Virus record (IMG/VR): IMGVR_UViG_3300031952_000008
Span: 1-64,000 of that record
Reading direction: 5' to 3' (one strand)
Source: a virus
Length of the DNA: 64,000 nt
This document shows, one piece after another, positions 36,459 to 46,263 of this stretch. The stretch's first letter is position 1, and each line of letters opens with the position of its first letter. Both the position numbers and the translations under genes were made by a program. The notes below the pieces were generated by a model. The model was not told where the DNA came from. It saw only the letters and a program-made list of their open reading frames with translations, and searched no databases.

Positions 36459-39400
36459 TTAATAAGATTGTAATTCTTTCCTAATCTGCCTAGCTATCTC
36501 GTTCGCCGAAACATTAGACCCACTTACATTAACAGTAACATTAATATTATTACCCATTTTACCTAGTTTACTTAATGGAATAACAGCTTCCGGACCTTTT
36601 TCGCCAATCATAGCACGAGTAGGACCATTAACTATTCCTCCTTCAGCAAAACCAAAAAAGCTTCTTATAAAATTAGGAACAATAGTGTCCATAACATTGG
36701 TACCCATATTCTTTAAAAAATCTGTAGGACCCATAATTTGAAACCCCGGTTGCGTTTCTTTTCTATTAGCAATTTCATTAGCAGCCTGAAAATTATTCAT
36801 ATCGAAAGGATTATAAAAAGGAACACTATTAACAACGCCAGGTCCCGCTGGAGTAGTATAATTAACACCAGTATTTTGTATAACAGCATTATCTATTACG
36901 CCTTCAGCTATTGTTTTTTTATCTTCTAATTTATTAATATCTTTCTCTTTTTTATCAACTTGTATTGCTTTTTTATCTTCATACTCTCTTCTTTCCTGTT
37001 CTAACGTAGCTTCTTCCGTTCTTAATTTAGCCACTTCAGCAGCCGCACTAGCATAAGCGGCCATTTCAGTTTTTAATAATTCAACAACTTGAGACGAATT
37101 AACTGTAATCTGGTTAGTTTTATCCTCTTCTTCCATCATAAAACCTTTAACATTATTATGCATGTCCCCATAATATACATCATAAGCTAACTGTAATTTA
37201 TTAACGAACTGAGATTGAGTACTGGTATTACCACCACCCATATTAAGATTATTAATACCTAAAAGAGCAGTTTGCCAAGTCTTAACTCTATCAGTAACAT
37301 CAGCATTAAGAGACTCCCCAGCAGAAACCTCAGCTTTAATAGCTGTTTCTATAGTAGTTTTCCAAGCATCATAAGCATTAGCACTATCTTCGGAATTTTC
37401 AATAACCGTTTCCTGTTGGGCTATTAAATCATCAAAACTATCTCCCACTCTACTAAGTTGGGATTGAATAAATGCACCAGCATCAGCTATACCAAGTTCT
37501 AAAAGCTTCTGTTTCTTCATCCAAATATCTACTTTATCAAGTAACCCTAAAATAACTGTTTCACCAGTAAATCTTTGGGTGGATAGTGTAGAAATATTCT
37601 TTTGTGCATCAGAAGCCGCTCTACCAAAATCTTCTAAAGAAGACCTTACATCTCTTAATTGATTAGCATTATCTTTTAAAGTATCATTCCATTTTTCATT
37701 AATATCTTTAAGATTTTGTTGTTCAGTTACTAACTGGTCGTCTATATTAACTATTGAAATTTTAGCATTTGTAACACTTTCTAAAAGTTTAAGTTGTTGT
37801 TGATAAACAAGATTATCCCTAATTCTAACATCTATAGATTCAAAAGTAGAAGTAATAAGTTCTTTTTGAGCATCAGCCTCTTCATTAATAGCTTTTATTC
37901 TAGTAATTAAAGAAGGATTACCTTTTTCTGTCCAATCAACTAAAGATTTAAGAGAATCAGTAGATTTTCTATTAGCAATATCAATCGCAGTTTGTGTTAC
38001 AAATAAATCTTGATTATTTTTAATATTAGTTCCAGAAACTCCAGATTCCATAGGTGCTTTAAATAAATCGGTTACCATCTGATAAGCTTTTTCTGTATCC
38101 TTCATCAATTCAGGAATCCACCAAAAAGGATTGACTAAATCTGCTAAATCTAATAAAGCAGAATAAGCAACTACACTCCAACGACCAACATCTCTTAAAA
38201 ACGAACCAATTTCTTCATGATGAACTTGAATATTTTTTGCCGAACCACTCATACTAATCGAAAACTTGTCAAGAGTTCCACTAGCACCTTCTATACCTTT
38301 AGTCATATCGGAAATGGCTCCATTATTAAGTAAAATCTTTTCAGTAGCTAAAGCAACCGAGGTAGCGACTCTTCTTTCAAAAATATCACCCATAGCTTCT
38401 AATTTAGTACTCATATCACCTTGACCTAAGGAAATAGCTAATTGAGTAAAAACATCATTTAAACCAACAAAATCGCCATTAGAATCATAAATAGCAACTC
38501 CTAATCTTTCCATTTGTTCTCTAGCTTTTGGAGATTCATTAGTAACAGCGGCTAATATACCTCTAATAGCTGTACCTGCCATCTCTCCTCTAATACCTGC
38601 ATCAGATAACATGGCAATAGTTGATAATAGTTCTTCAAACCCAACACCAGCCGCATAAGCTGTTGGACCAGCATATTTCATAGCTTCGGCTATAGTATCC
38701 ATACTTGCCGCACTATTAATATCGGCATAAGTAAGTTTATCAGCAACCTCAGCCGCTCTTTCGGCAGTCATATTAAACTGATTCAAAACCATTGTAACAA
38801 CATCGGTAGCAGAAGATAATTCTACTTGTGAAAATGTAGCTAATTTAGTAGAAGTAGCCATTATCTTATCAGATTCGGCCTTATCGAAACCTCTTTTAGT
38901 AACATCCAAATAAGCTTCTGCAATTTGGTCTAAACTATAAATAGTTCCTTGTTGTAATCTATTGATAGCTTCAAGAGAAGCACCTGAAGAAGTTTGAGTA
39001 ACTGCGGCAATACGAGCAATAGTCATTTCATACTTAACAGCAGGTTCTATTAATCTACTCCAAACCATACCACCTAAATTAATAACTAAAAAAGCATTAA
39101 CTAATGCCCACCTAAAATGGGTCATTTTACCTAAGAAAGAATCTATTGCACTCTCCGATTTTTTAATTTGTTCAGGAAATTTAACACCAATTTCTTGTCC
39201 GGCATTTTTAACATTTTCAGTAATCTCACTTTTTAAAACTCTAGCAAAAGTACCAAAAGAAGCGGCTTGTTCAATAGGTTTAAGTTTTGCAAACTCAGCA
39301 CTCATTCTTTGAGCTTCAACACTATTTTTTCTAGCGGCCAATGCCAATTCATTAAATTTTTGAGCCAAATCTACTGTAGATTTAGAAGTTTTAACACTTT

Positions 39401-39521
39401 CTGCTTGAAGATTTCTAGTCTGGGCTCTAACGGCATTTAAATCAGTATCTAACTTTTTAAGTTCAGCACTAGCTTCATTAAGTACCGAAACAACAATTCG
39501 AAGTTCACCGATGTCTGACAT
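36459..39521 (-). CDS. tail tape measure protein (TP901-type core)
   Basis: AMKYAGPTA..AMLSDAGIRGEMAGTAIR; long helical body; C-terminal FAEGGIV..GEKGPEAVIPL. Confidence 0.92.
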   Translation of the reverse strand: MSDIGELRIVVSVLNEASAELKKLDTDLNAVRAQTRNLQAESVKTSKSTVDLAQKFNELALAARKNSVEAQRMSAEFAKLKPIEQAASFGTFARVLKSEITENVKNAGQEIGVKFPEQIKKSESAIDSFLGKMTHFRWALVNAFLVINLGGMVWSRLIEPAVKYEMTIARIAAVTQTSSGASLEAINRLQQGTIYSLDQIAEAYLDVTKRGFDKAESDKIMATSTKLATFSQVELSSATDVVTMVLNQFNMTAERAAEVADKLTYADINSAASMDTIAEAMKYAGPTAYAAGVGFEELLSTIAMLSDAGIRGEMAGTAIRGILAAVTNESPKAREQMERLGVAIYDSNGDFVGLNDVFTQLAISLGQGDMSTKLEAMGDIFERRVATSVALATEKILLNNGAISDMTKGIEGASGTLDKFSISMSGSAKNIQVHHEEIGSFLRDVGRWSVVAYSALLDLADLVNPFWWIPELMKDTEKAYQMVTDLFKAPMESGVSGTNIKNNQDLFVTQTAIDIANRKSTDSLKSLVDWTEKGNPSLITRIKAINEEADAQKELITSTFESIDVRIRDNLVYQQQLKLLESVTNAKISIVNIDDQLVTEQQNLKDINEKWNDTLKDNANQLRDVRSSLEDFGRAASDAQKNISTLSTQRFTGETVILGLLDKVDIWMKKQKLLELGIADAGAFIQSQLSRVGDSFDDLIAQQETVIENSEDSANAYDAWKTTIETAIKAEVSAGESLNADVTDRVKTWQTALLGINNLNMGGGNTSTQSQFVNKLQLAYDVYYGDMHNNVKGFMMEEEDKTNQITVNSSQVVELLKTEMAAYASAAAEVAKLRTEEATLEQERREYEDKKAIQVDKKEKDINKLEDKKTIAEGVIDNAVIQNTGVNYTTPAGPGVVNSVPFYNPFDMNNFQAANEIANRKETQPGFQIMGPTDFLKNMGTNVMDTIVPNFIRSFFGFAEGGIVNGPTRAMIGEKGPEAVIPLSKLGKMGNNINVTVNVSGSNVSANEIARQIRKELQSY

Positions 39522-39522
39522 A

Positions 39523-40047
39523 TTAAGTTTTAAATCCCTTGCTTTCTACTTTTCTTTTTTCTTCCCTTGCATTATAACACTCTACAATCCAATTAATCTC
39601 CCATACAGTAAGATTATTTACATTATAAAAATTGTAACCAAGTTCGTGAAGGAAAAGCAACATATCGCCTTCTTTCCTTCTTTCTCTTAACTTCCTTAAA
39701 TGTTTTCCAAACTCATCATCTTTCTCAAACTGCTTACTTCTTTCTTTCTTCTTCTCTGTCTTTACTCCGGAAATATCAAATACTTTATCAACCAACGCAG
39801 TTGCGAACTCAGGTCTTACAAGATTAAAATCCTTTCCTATATCAGGAACCTTAACATTGTTCCCAAGGATATAATCATCATAATCCACATTATCGCCAGA
39901 CAGTATGCGTTTCAGTTCTCCCCTAGTAAGAGGAATGAGCTTAACCTTGTGCTCCTCTCCTTTCACTACTATACAAAACTCTTGAGGTATAAGGTTTCCC
40001 TTATTATCTCTATCAAAATACAAATCATCACTTAACCCTTGAACCAT
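39523..40047 (-). CDS. tail assembly chaperone (G+T-like)
   Basis: Between tail tube and tape measure; paralog of 40049..40519 with an extra C-terminal ELGY..NLTVWEI segment. Confidence 0.65.
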   Translation of the reverse strand: MVQGLSDDLYFDRDNKGNLIPQEFCIVVKGEEHKVKLIPLTRGELKRILSGDNVDYDDYILGNNVKVPDIGKDFNLVRPEFATALVDKVFDISGVKTEKKKERSKQFEKDDEFGKHLRKLRERRKEGDMLLFLHELGYNFYNVNNLTVWEINWIVECYNAREEKRKVESKGFKT

Positions 40048-40048
40048 A

Positions 40049-40519
40049 TTACTTAAGTTCTAACTTCGACACTTTTTCGGATAGTTCTTTGATTTTCTTT
40101 TCATACTCTTCCATCAAAAGTAATTCGTGTCTTGTTCTTCCCATTAAAATTAATGAATTAAATGTTGGATTTAAAACAATTAATCTTTTTATAATATCTG
40201 GTTTCTCAAAGTCTCTTACAATACTAAAATCAAAGATAGTCTGAGCAATGTTTTTAACAAAGGTAGGCTTCATAACTCTAATTTCTTCATCCGAAAATGA
40301 AGGCTCTTTGCAATATTTCTTAACAATTAAAGCATCCGAATCCTCATCTGTCTCTCCTTTATCTTTATTCTTTTCAAAAATCTCTTTCATTTCCTTACGA
40401 GTAATAGGTATTATTTTAATAGTTTCTACCTTATCATCTACTCGTTCCTGTAATTCGACATCTTGTGGAACTAATTCTCCATCCTTATTATCGAATAATG
40501 CCTTATCTTTTGATAACAT
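40049..40519 (-). CDS. tail assembly chaperone (G-like)
   Basis: Position; LFD..DGELVPQ..KIIPITR..IFDFS shared with the next gene. Confidence 0.65.
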   Translation of the reverse strand: MLSKDKALFDNKDGELVPQDVELQERVDDKVETIKIIPITRKEMKEIFEKNKDKGETDEDSDALIVKKYCKEPSFSDEEIRVMKPTFVKNIAQTIFDFSIVRDFEKPDIIKRLIVLNPTFNSLILMGRTRHELLLMEEYEKKIKELSEKVSKLELK

Positions 40520-40563
40520 ATAAATCCCTCGCTTAAATATAATATACTTTACTCTAAATTTAC

Positions 40564-41700
40564 TTAGCTTTTATATGAAGGGTCGTTATCTACGACAAAG
40601 AACTTAATTCCTTTAACGAATACGTTCGTGTCGTTACCAACAATGTCCTCAGGGCCACCATTGATTGCCATATCGTCGAAGACGACTGAACCAGCAACCA
40701 TTCTTATATAGTCTGGTGAGGATACTGGGCTACTAACGCTACCTATTTCTCCACCCCTTACGAAGTCTAGTACTACTTGAGGCTTTGTAAATGTAGGTTG
40801 GTCTGCGGTAGCTCCAAGAGCACCTAAGAACCTTTCATACATTTCCCTATCTTGGTAATGCATACCAAGTCTCAAAGAGTAATCTCTTCCTTTAGGATAG
40901 ATTGCTTTTGCCGACCTTATACTATCATAACTAGTTGTAGTTCCACAAATATACCAGACTGCTTCACAGTTGTTATTAACAGTTAATTCAAAACTATTAA
41001 CTAAAACAAGCTGGTCACTTGCTAAATCTCCACTAGCATCTCCCACTGTTGCCTCTCCTGTAGTCATATAAATTGCTCCTTGGTAGAAGACAAATGGGTC
41101 TTGAGCTATCTCTGTTGAATAGGTTTCATCAGATGTTCCTACAATAACTCTTTTAGCCAACCAATCAACTGCAACCTTTACAGGTTCGTCAATATTAGCA
41201 GAAAGGGTTAATCTATTAACTCTGCAACCTACATATGTTCTTTTCAAATTTAACTTTTTAGTTTCATCACTTGTAACACTTGAATCCTCGTAATCAGTAA
41301 ATTCTAACTGAAAACTAGGAAAGTCGTTAATTCCAGGTGAGTTTGCACTACCCATGATATGTTTACACATACCTGCTGTTGCACTAGGGTAAAGAAGTTT
41401 TGCTCCAGAATCTATTGTATCTGTTGAAGCTGTATCTTCTCCTATTGCCTGCCTAAGGAAAGCACATCCTTGCAAGTAATATTCCATTGCTCCTGTAACT
41501 TCGAATTTTCCAGGAATGATTGTGTAGTAATCTCTTGTACCACCAAGTGTTTTAATTTTAAACAAATTGTTCTTTTCGCCAGGCGTGATAGATTGAACTA
41601 GTCCTAATGATTGGTCCATCGTTGAAAGATAGGAACCATATTGGTAATCAGGGACTTCGCATCTCCATCTGACGCTCTGTTTATATCCAGTTGCCGCCAT
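40564..41700 (-). CDS. major tail tube protein
   Basis: Position; YVGCRVNRLTLSA and SFELTVNN typical of tail tube proteins. Confidence 0.75.
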   Translation of the reverse strand: MAATGYKQSVRWRCEVPDYQYGSYLSTMDQSLGLVQSITPGEKNNLFKIKTLGGTRDYYTIIPGKFEVTGAMEYYLQGCAFLRQAIGEDTASTDTIDSGAKLLYPSATAGMCKHIMGSANSPGINDFPSFQLEFTDYEDSSVTSDETKKLNLKRTYVGCRVNRLTLSANIDEPVKVAVDWLAKRVIVGTSDETYSTEIAQDPFVFYQGAIYMTTGEATVGDASGDLASDQLVLVNSFELTVNNNCEAVWYICGTTTSYDSIRSAKAIYPKGRDYSLRLGMHYQDREMYERFLGALGATADQPTFTKPQVVLDFVRGGEIGSVSSPVSSPDYIRMVAGSVVFDDMAINGGPEDIVGNDTNVFVKGIKFFVVDNDPSYKS

Positions 41701-41718
41701 AAATAATCATCTCTTTTA

Positions 41719-41919
41719 TTAGTAACTTTTCTTTTTACTTTTAATTTCCGCTTTAACTTCTTCTACTTTCTTAATTTCTTCAACAAACTCAAACTTGCCA
41801 GTACTAACTAAGTTACCAGCAACCTTATCATTAGTTTCATAAATTCCTCCCTTAACAACACCACAACCCAGTTTCTTATCGTACCCGGGAACTCCATCCT
41901 TATACATTATTTTTACCAT
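41719..41919 (-). CDS. small hypothetical protein
   Basis: AGGTGA SD; within the neck/tail operon. Confidence 0.6.
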   Translation of the reverse strand: MVKIMYKDGVPGYDKKLGCGVVKGGIYETNDKVAGNLVSTGKFEFVEEIKKVEEVKAEIKSKKKSY

Positions 41920-41929
41920 TAAATCACCT

Positions 41930-42358
41930 TTATAATCTTATTTTGGAAAGACTTATTTGAATGTTTTCGGCCATAGTATCTTTAATATTAAGTAAAGCCA
42001 TCTGGTAAGCCTGTTCCATAAAATGATAACCTTCAAAACTTTGATGTCCAAACTCAACATATTTAGCATAAGGAGCCTTATTTTCGTCAATAAATACAAA
42101 AAATGTGTTTTCTATACCCTTAGATGCTCTATGTATATCAACCATTATACTTGCCGAAAGATTACCTGTTCTACTAATAGGACCCTTAGGATTATAAGTA
42201 TTCATACTTTCCATAAGATTAATCTCAGCCGATTCGGCAATTCTTTTAGTTTCTTCAATCGCACCATCAACTATACCATTAGCTATAGCATTTTGAACAG
42301 CAATCAATCCTTTGGAAAGAGTATCCTTTTCTACCTTAAAACTTATTCCAAAAGCCAT
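41930..42358 (-). CDS. HK97 gp10-like neck/tail-completion protein
   Basis: RTGNLSASI, YAKYVEFG, FMEQA. Confidence 0.8.
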   Translation of the reverse strand: MAFGISFKVEKDTLSKGLIAVQNAIANGIVDGAIEETKRIAESAEINLMESMNTYNPKGPISRTGNLSASIMVDIHRASKGIENTFFVFIDENKAPYAKYVEFGHQSFEGYHFMEQAYQMALLNIKDTMAENIQISLSKIRL

Positions 42359-43573
42359 TTATATCGCCTGCGTGAAATAAAAATACCTAACTGTTATAAA
42401 ACCATGATAAAGTTTAGTGTCCGGGTCAAAAATAATTTTACTAGTACCCAACATTTTAAATCCATCTATATATAAAGCTTGTGTAATACTCTGGTGCTCC
42501 TTTAATGCGTTCTTTATTTCCTTAAAATAATGGGAAACCAAGGTCTCATCTTGAACACTAACCCTAACACCATTAAGTCTAGTAGTAAGTTTAAAATCTT
42601 TCATTGTATAAAAATGGATGTTATAATAACAATAAGTTAGTTCGGAATAATTAGTTCCGAGGGAGATAATATCATTAGTACCAGGAAGTTGCTCTATTTG
42701 TATTCTAGGATAGGTAGCATCTGTTCTAGGCTTATCAAAATGGCACCAAGTTGAACGAGTAGTACCACCTGCTAAAGCACGAGGGTCAGTAAGATAAGTA
42801 TTCAAAATATCTTTTATCTCAATAGCAATAGCGGCCTCATCAACATTATTACTATAATTAGCGGTAAAAGTCCAATTAGTATTATTACCACCATCTACAT
42901 TAGTATCATCATCTGCGGTTATTACAAATCCCGAAACATAACAATCTGTAGGATTGGTATAAGTAACGGTAATAGCATTAGGAATAGCAAAAATATATTG
43001 TGTTCCTAGAGTGCTGGATACGAAAGCATTAACTAATCCATAAGCTCCATTCCAATTACTTGCAGTAAGATTAGTAAAAGTAAAGGTTTGTCCAGCTCCA
43101 AACGTACCAGTAATACCATCAGTTCCGAAAACTAATCTGGAAATTGTACAAGCACCATTAATACTAAAATTACTGGTAAAAGTGCATTGAGGTAAAGCTT
43201 TAGTATTAGTAGTAATTACAGCACCATCTTTACTAAAAGCGTAAGTAGTACTAGAATTAGTAGTATGAGTACAAGTGGCGGAAAGAGTTAAGTTACCGGA
43301 AGAAACAAGAGCTGTTCCACTAAAATCTAAAACAACAGCACCTACTATTGTAATATCTCCTACCGTAAGGGTAGTAGCTCCGAAGGTTATAGTTCCTGTA
43401 TAATCAGCAGTTGTAGTAATACCTGCAACAGTTATACCAGTAGAAAAAGTACAGTTTACATTACTTGTAGTATCGAATATAAGGGTATCTGTGGCACTAA
43501 GAACTCCTAACGACCAGTTAGTTCCTAAATTTCCGTTTTCGGAACTGGAACTACTCCAAATATTGTTAACGAT
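42359..43573 (-). CDS. 404-aa protein: N-terminal beta-rich domain fused to a tail-terminator-like domain; ATC start
   Basis: Frame stays open 256 codons upstream of the track TTG, to ATC 43573 after SD-like AAGGGG; N-terminus VNNIWSSSSSENGNLGTNWSLG..DTLIFD; C-terminal YPRIQI..YHGFITVR. Confidence 0.7.
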   Translation of the reverse strand: MVNNIWSSSSSENGNLGTNWSLGVLSATDTLIFDTTSNVNCTFSTGITVAGITTTADYTGTITFGATTLTVGDITIVGAVVLDFSGTALVSSGNLTLSATCTHTTNSSTTYAFSKDGAVITTNTKALPQCTFTSNFSINGACTISRLVFGTDGITGTFGAGQTFTFTNLTASNWNGAYGLVNAFVSSTLGTQYIFAIPNAITVTYTNPTDCYVSGFVITADDDTNVDGGNNTNWTFTANYSNNVDEAAIAIEIKDILNTYLTDPRALAGGTTRSTWCHFDKPRTDATYPRIQIEQLPGTNDIISLGTNYSELTYCYYNIHFYTMKDFKLTTRLNGVRVSVQDETLVSHYFKEIKNALKEHQSITQALYIDGFKMLGTSKIIFDPDTKLYHGFITVRYFYFTQAI

Positions 43574-43617
43574 TTTTTATTCCCCTTGGACTATTAATAT
43601 GCCACTTGGCACAGAAC

Positions 43618-43791
43618 TCAACAATTCTTTTTCTTTTTAGCTAAAATATCAACATTTAAATCGGTTAACATAGTAGTTCTATGTCTGCATCCTATATCTT
43701 CTATAGGTGTTTCCCTAAATTGCTCATCCAAATTACCGATTACTTTATCTTTGCTCATCGAGCTTTTTTTATTTAAATCAGATTTGACCAT
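43618..43791 (-). CDS. 57-aa hypothetical protein (not in ORF track)
   Basis: AGGTGA SD; MVKSDLNKKSSMSKDKV... Confidence 0.5.
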   Translation of the reverse strand: MVKSDLNKKSSMSKDKVIGNLDEQFRETPIEDIGCRHRTTMLTDLNVDILAKKKKNC

Positions 43792-43825
43792 TATTTTTCA
43801 CCTTAAAGATATTATTTATAATATC

Positions 43826-44461
43826 TCAAACAGTTGATAAGTATTTATTTCTTTGGAATTGTTGAGTTAAACTAAACATATTAGTATCGTAATCCTCGTC
43901 CCAATCAAGATATTTGTCAGTTAATTGCATTTCTATCTTTTGACGGATAAGGTCTTCATATTCCTTACGCCTATCCTTTATAACTTGTAATTCCTTACTT
44001 GTTTTATCCCCACTCATAGTGTCGGATTTTTCAAGTAATTTCTCGGCTGTTCTAATAGCACAAAGCTTTTTGTAAGGCATACCAGCAAACCAAATAATAA
44101 CTTCTGAATCATCTGCGATTGCAACCCCACCTAAAGTGGTAGAGCTTTGCATTTTAACAATTCCAGCCCCAGTGGCAACCACATAATCCGTGGAAGATTC
44201 TAACTCAGTTTTGGTCGCAGTACCCATATAAACTTTGTCCACTCTTTCTATAGACCTTTCTCCTAAATAAAATTTAGTATAATAATCATTAGTAGTATCA
44301 TCTCTATCCACTTCTGATATAATGGATTGTAATGGATTACCATATTCATCATAAATATATTGTGTTTGTTCGGCTATTTCATAACCTATATCAGTAGTTC
44401 CATACCTACCTACACAGTCTATAATTCTCATAACGTCCGTTGTGCTACAAAGGTCTTGCAT
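43826..44461 (-). CDS. putative head-tail adaptor
   Basis: Position; LCSTTDV N-terminus and helical C-terminus. Confidence 0.55.
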   Translation of the reverse strand: MQDLCSTTDVMRIIDCVGRYGTTDIGYEIAEQTQYIYDEYGNPLQSIISEVDRDDTTNDYYTKFYLGERSIERVDKVYMGTATKTELESSTDYVVATGAGIVKMQSSTTLGGVAIADDSEVIIWFAGMPYKKLCAIRTAEKLLEKSDTMSGDKTSKELQVIKDRRKEYEDLIRQKIEMQLTDKYLDWDEDYDTNMFSLTQQFQRNKYLSTV

Positions 44462-44485
44462 TGTTGTTACCCAATAGTAATAATA

Positions 44486-44503
44486 GATGTTCTAGTATAT
44501 AAA
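44486..44503 (-). promoter_or_regulatory. TATA promoter for neck/tail genes
   Basis: Minus strand TTTATATA-cta-GAACATC. Confidence 0.65.
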
Positions 44504-44630
44504 CATATCTATTTAATCTTTATAAGGACTACCCTTACTTTTCTCATAATCCCCTATATCTCCCTCTACAACATCCTTCTCTTCTACATTTCCAAATACA
44601 TTCTTTCTAGTTTTAGCCATAATAGTCACC

Positions 44631-44879
44631 TTAAAAAAATAATATCTTTATAAATATACTAAAAAAAGCAGTAGCAATAGTACCACCTATAATCCTAATC
44701 CAATAAATATCCTTAGCATTCTTAACATGACACTCAGATAGTTCAATGGTTTTATCGTGGATTTTATCTACTTTACTACAAAGATACATTAACATATCAC
44801 GGTCTGTATAACCTGAGTTTCCATTAACTCGCTTAAATTCACTAACTTCAGCTTTTAAAGTCATTTTAGTCAGGGTCAT
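44631..44879 (-). CDS. small protein with C-terminal TM
   Basis: Coiled coil plus C-terminal hydrophobic helix. Confidence 0.55.
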   Translation of the reverse strand: MTLTKMTLKAEVSEFKRVNGNSGYTDRDMLMYLCSKVDKIHDKTIELSECHVKNAKDIYWIRIIGGTIATAFFSIFIKILFF

Positions 44880-45207
44880 ACTTGCTATATGTTATGTTAA
44901 AATCAAATGTCTCACAACTTGAAACGTTATAAACCACTACATTCATAGGAGAACCATTTGCTGCCCAACCAGTCCTATCTGCATAATACCCTGTCTGTTG
45001 TGCTGTTAATAAATTAGTCAACCCAGCTTTATCAACAACTTTAACAATAAACTTATTTGTTGGTATACTTGCTTTTATATTAAACTGTTTTATATCTCCA
45101 CATATACCCGAAACAATTACCGAACTAACACTGCTTCCTGCAAAGGAGGCAATAGTTGCCGTAGTAAGTTTACTAGGATATGTCGCCATAATGCTATTAT
45201 CTGCCAT
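44866..45207 (-). CDS. hypothetical virion-associated protein
   Basis: AGGTG SD before ATG 45207; beta-rich. Confidence 0.55.
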   Translation of the reverse strand: MADNSIMATYPSKLTTATIASFAGSSVSSVIVSGICGDIKQFNIKASIPTNKFIVKVVDKAGLTNLLTAQQTGYYADRTGWAANGSPMNVVVYNVSSCETFDFNITYSKYDPD

Positions 45208-45234
45208 AAATGACACCTTTTTATTATTTAAAAA

Positions 45235-46263
45235 TTATAACTCTTCAGGCTTTAATTCATAACTCCCCTGTTCTAAAAAATCAATAAATCTATTTTTACA
45301 CTGTTCATGTGAATAGTATTCAACCTTTTCCTGTGCGGTTTCTATAACCTTCTTTCTAAACTCAGGGTCATTTAAAACCTTTTTCAAAAGTTCTCTACCA
45401 GCCTTGACATCCAATGGGTCAAATGTAGTATAAGGATAGCATCTTCTACAACTTTCTACCCTTTCACTTCCGATAACTGGAACTCCCATAGCGGCACAAT
45501 CAATAGTAGTCCTACCATGACTTGTAAGAGTGAACGGTTCTATTACCACTAATGATTCTTGAAGTTCGTCGCAAAAATCTAAATAATTTGTAGCTCCCAA
45601 CATCTCATCAAAATAGGTAGATGTACAAAACTTTTTTCTATCGGCATTTTCTTCATAACCAATTAATCTTATCTTATATCCTAAATCTTTAGGAATAAGT
45701 GAAGGTAGCATTGAAAATGTATCATATCTATGCCAAACAATCGTTATAACTGGCAAAGTTCTTTTTGGCTTTAACGATTTAAGTCTTTTAGTATGACAAG
45801 GATGAGGAGTGGTATGCACTTTCCTTCCTATCATTAATTCCAAAGCATTACTCATATGATGTTCTGTTCCGAAAATCATATCAGCTCCTTTAAGCCCATC
45901 TTTTAAGGCCTGAAGGTAGTCAAAACTTGTTTGCCAAAGCTCAACAGTATAATCAAGGTTGGCTACTATTTTAGTATGTGTATTACCAGCCTTATTAAGC
46001 ATTTCTCTAATTCGATTAACTAAGTGCCAATCTTGAACGCTTAAGTTAACCTGTATAACATCGTAATCGGTAGCTAATTTATCTTTTACTTCATTGAAAA
46101 GAGCGACTTCGCCTTTCCAAACTTGTGCCCACTGGTAACTTCCTGTTCTTAAATAAAATTCTTGCTCAACAAGTCTTTGATGACGATACCAAGTGCATTG
46201 TACCCAACGTAATGTACCATCCATTGCTTTCTCCCTTAACGTCTTTTCGTTATTTACATCCAT
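45235..46263 (-). CDS. GT-B (GT4-like) glycosyltransferase in the head gene cluster
   Basis: PFTLTSHGRTTIDCAAMGVPVIGS; C-terminal LNDPEFRKK..EYYS. Confidence 0.75.
   Translation of the reverse strand: MDVNNEKTLREKAMDGTLRWVQCTWYRHQRLVEQEFYLRTGSYQWAQVWKGEVALFNEVKDKLATDYDVIQVNLSVQDWHLVNRIREMLNKAGNTHTKIVANLDYTVELWQTSFDYLQALKDGLKGADMIFGTEHHMSNALELMIGRKVHTTPHPCHTKRLKSLKPKRTLPVITIVWHRYDTFSMLPSLIPKDLGYKIRLIGYEENADRKKFCTSTYFDEMLGATNYLDFCDELQESLVVIEPFTLTSHGRTTIDCAAMGVPVIGSERVESCRRCYPYTTFDPLDVKAGRELLKKVLNDPEFRKKVIETAQEKVEYYSHEQCKNRFIDFLEQGSYELKPEEL

Noticed and set aside
42806-43825. Non-coding gap, or stop-codon reassignment
   Set aside because: The gap is explained by an open frame lacking a canonical start plus a 57-aa ORF; long genes elsewhere are intact under the standard code.
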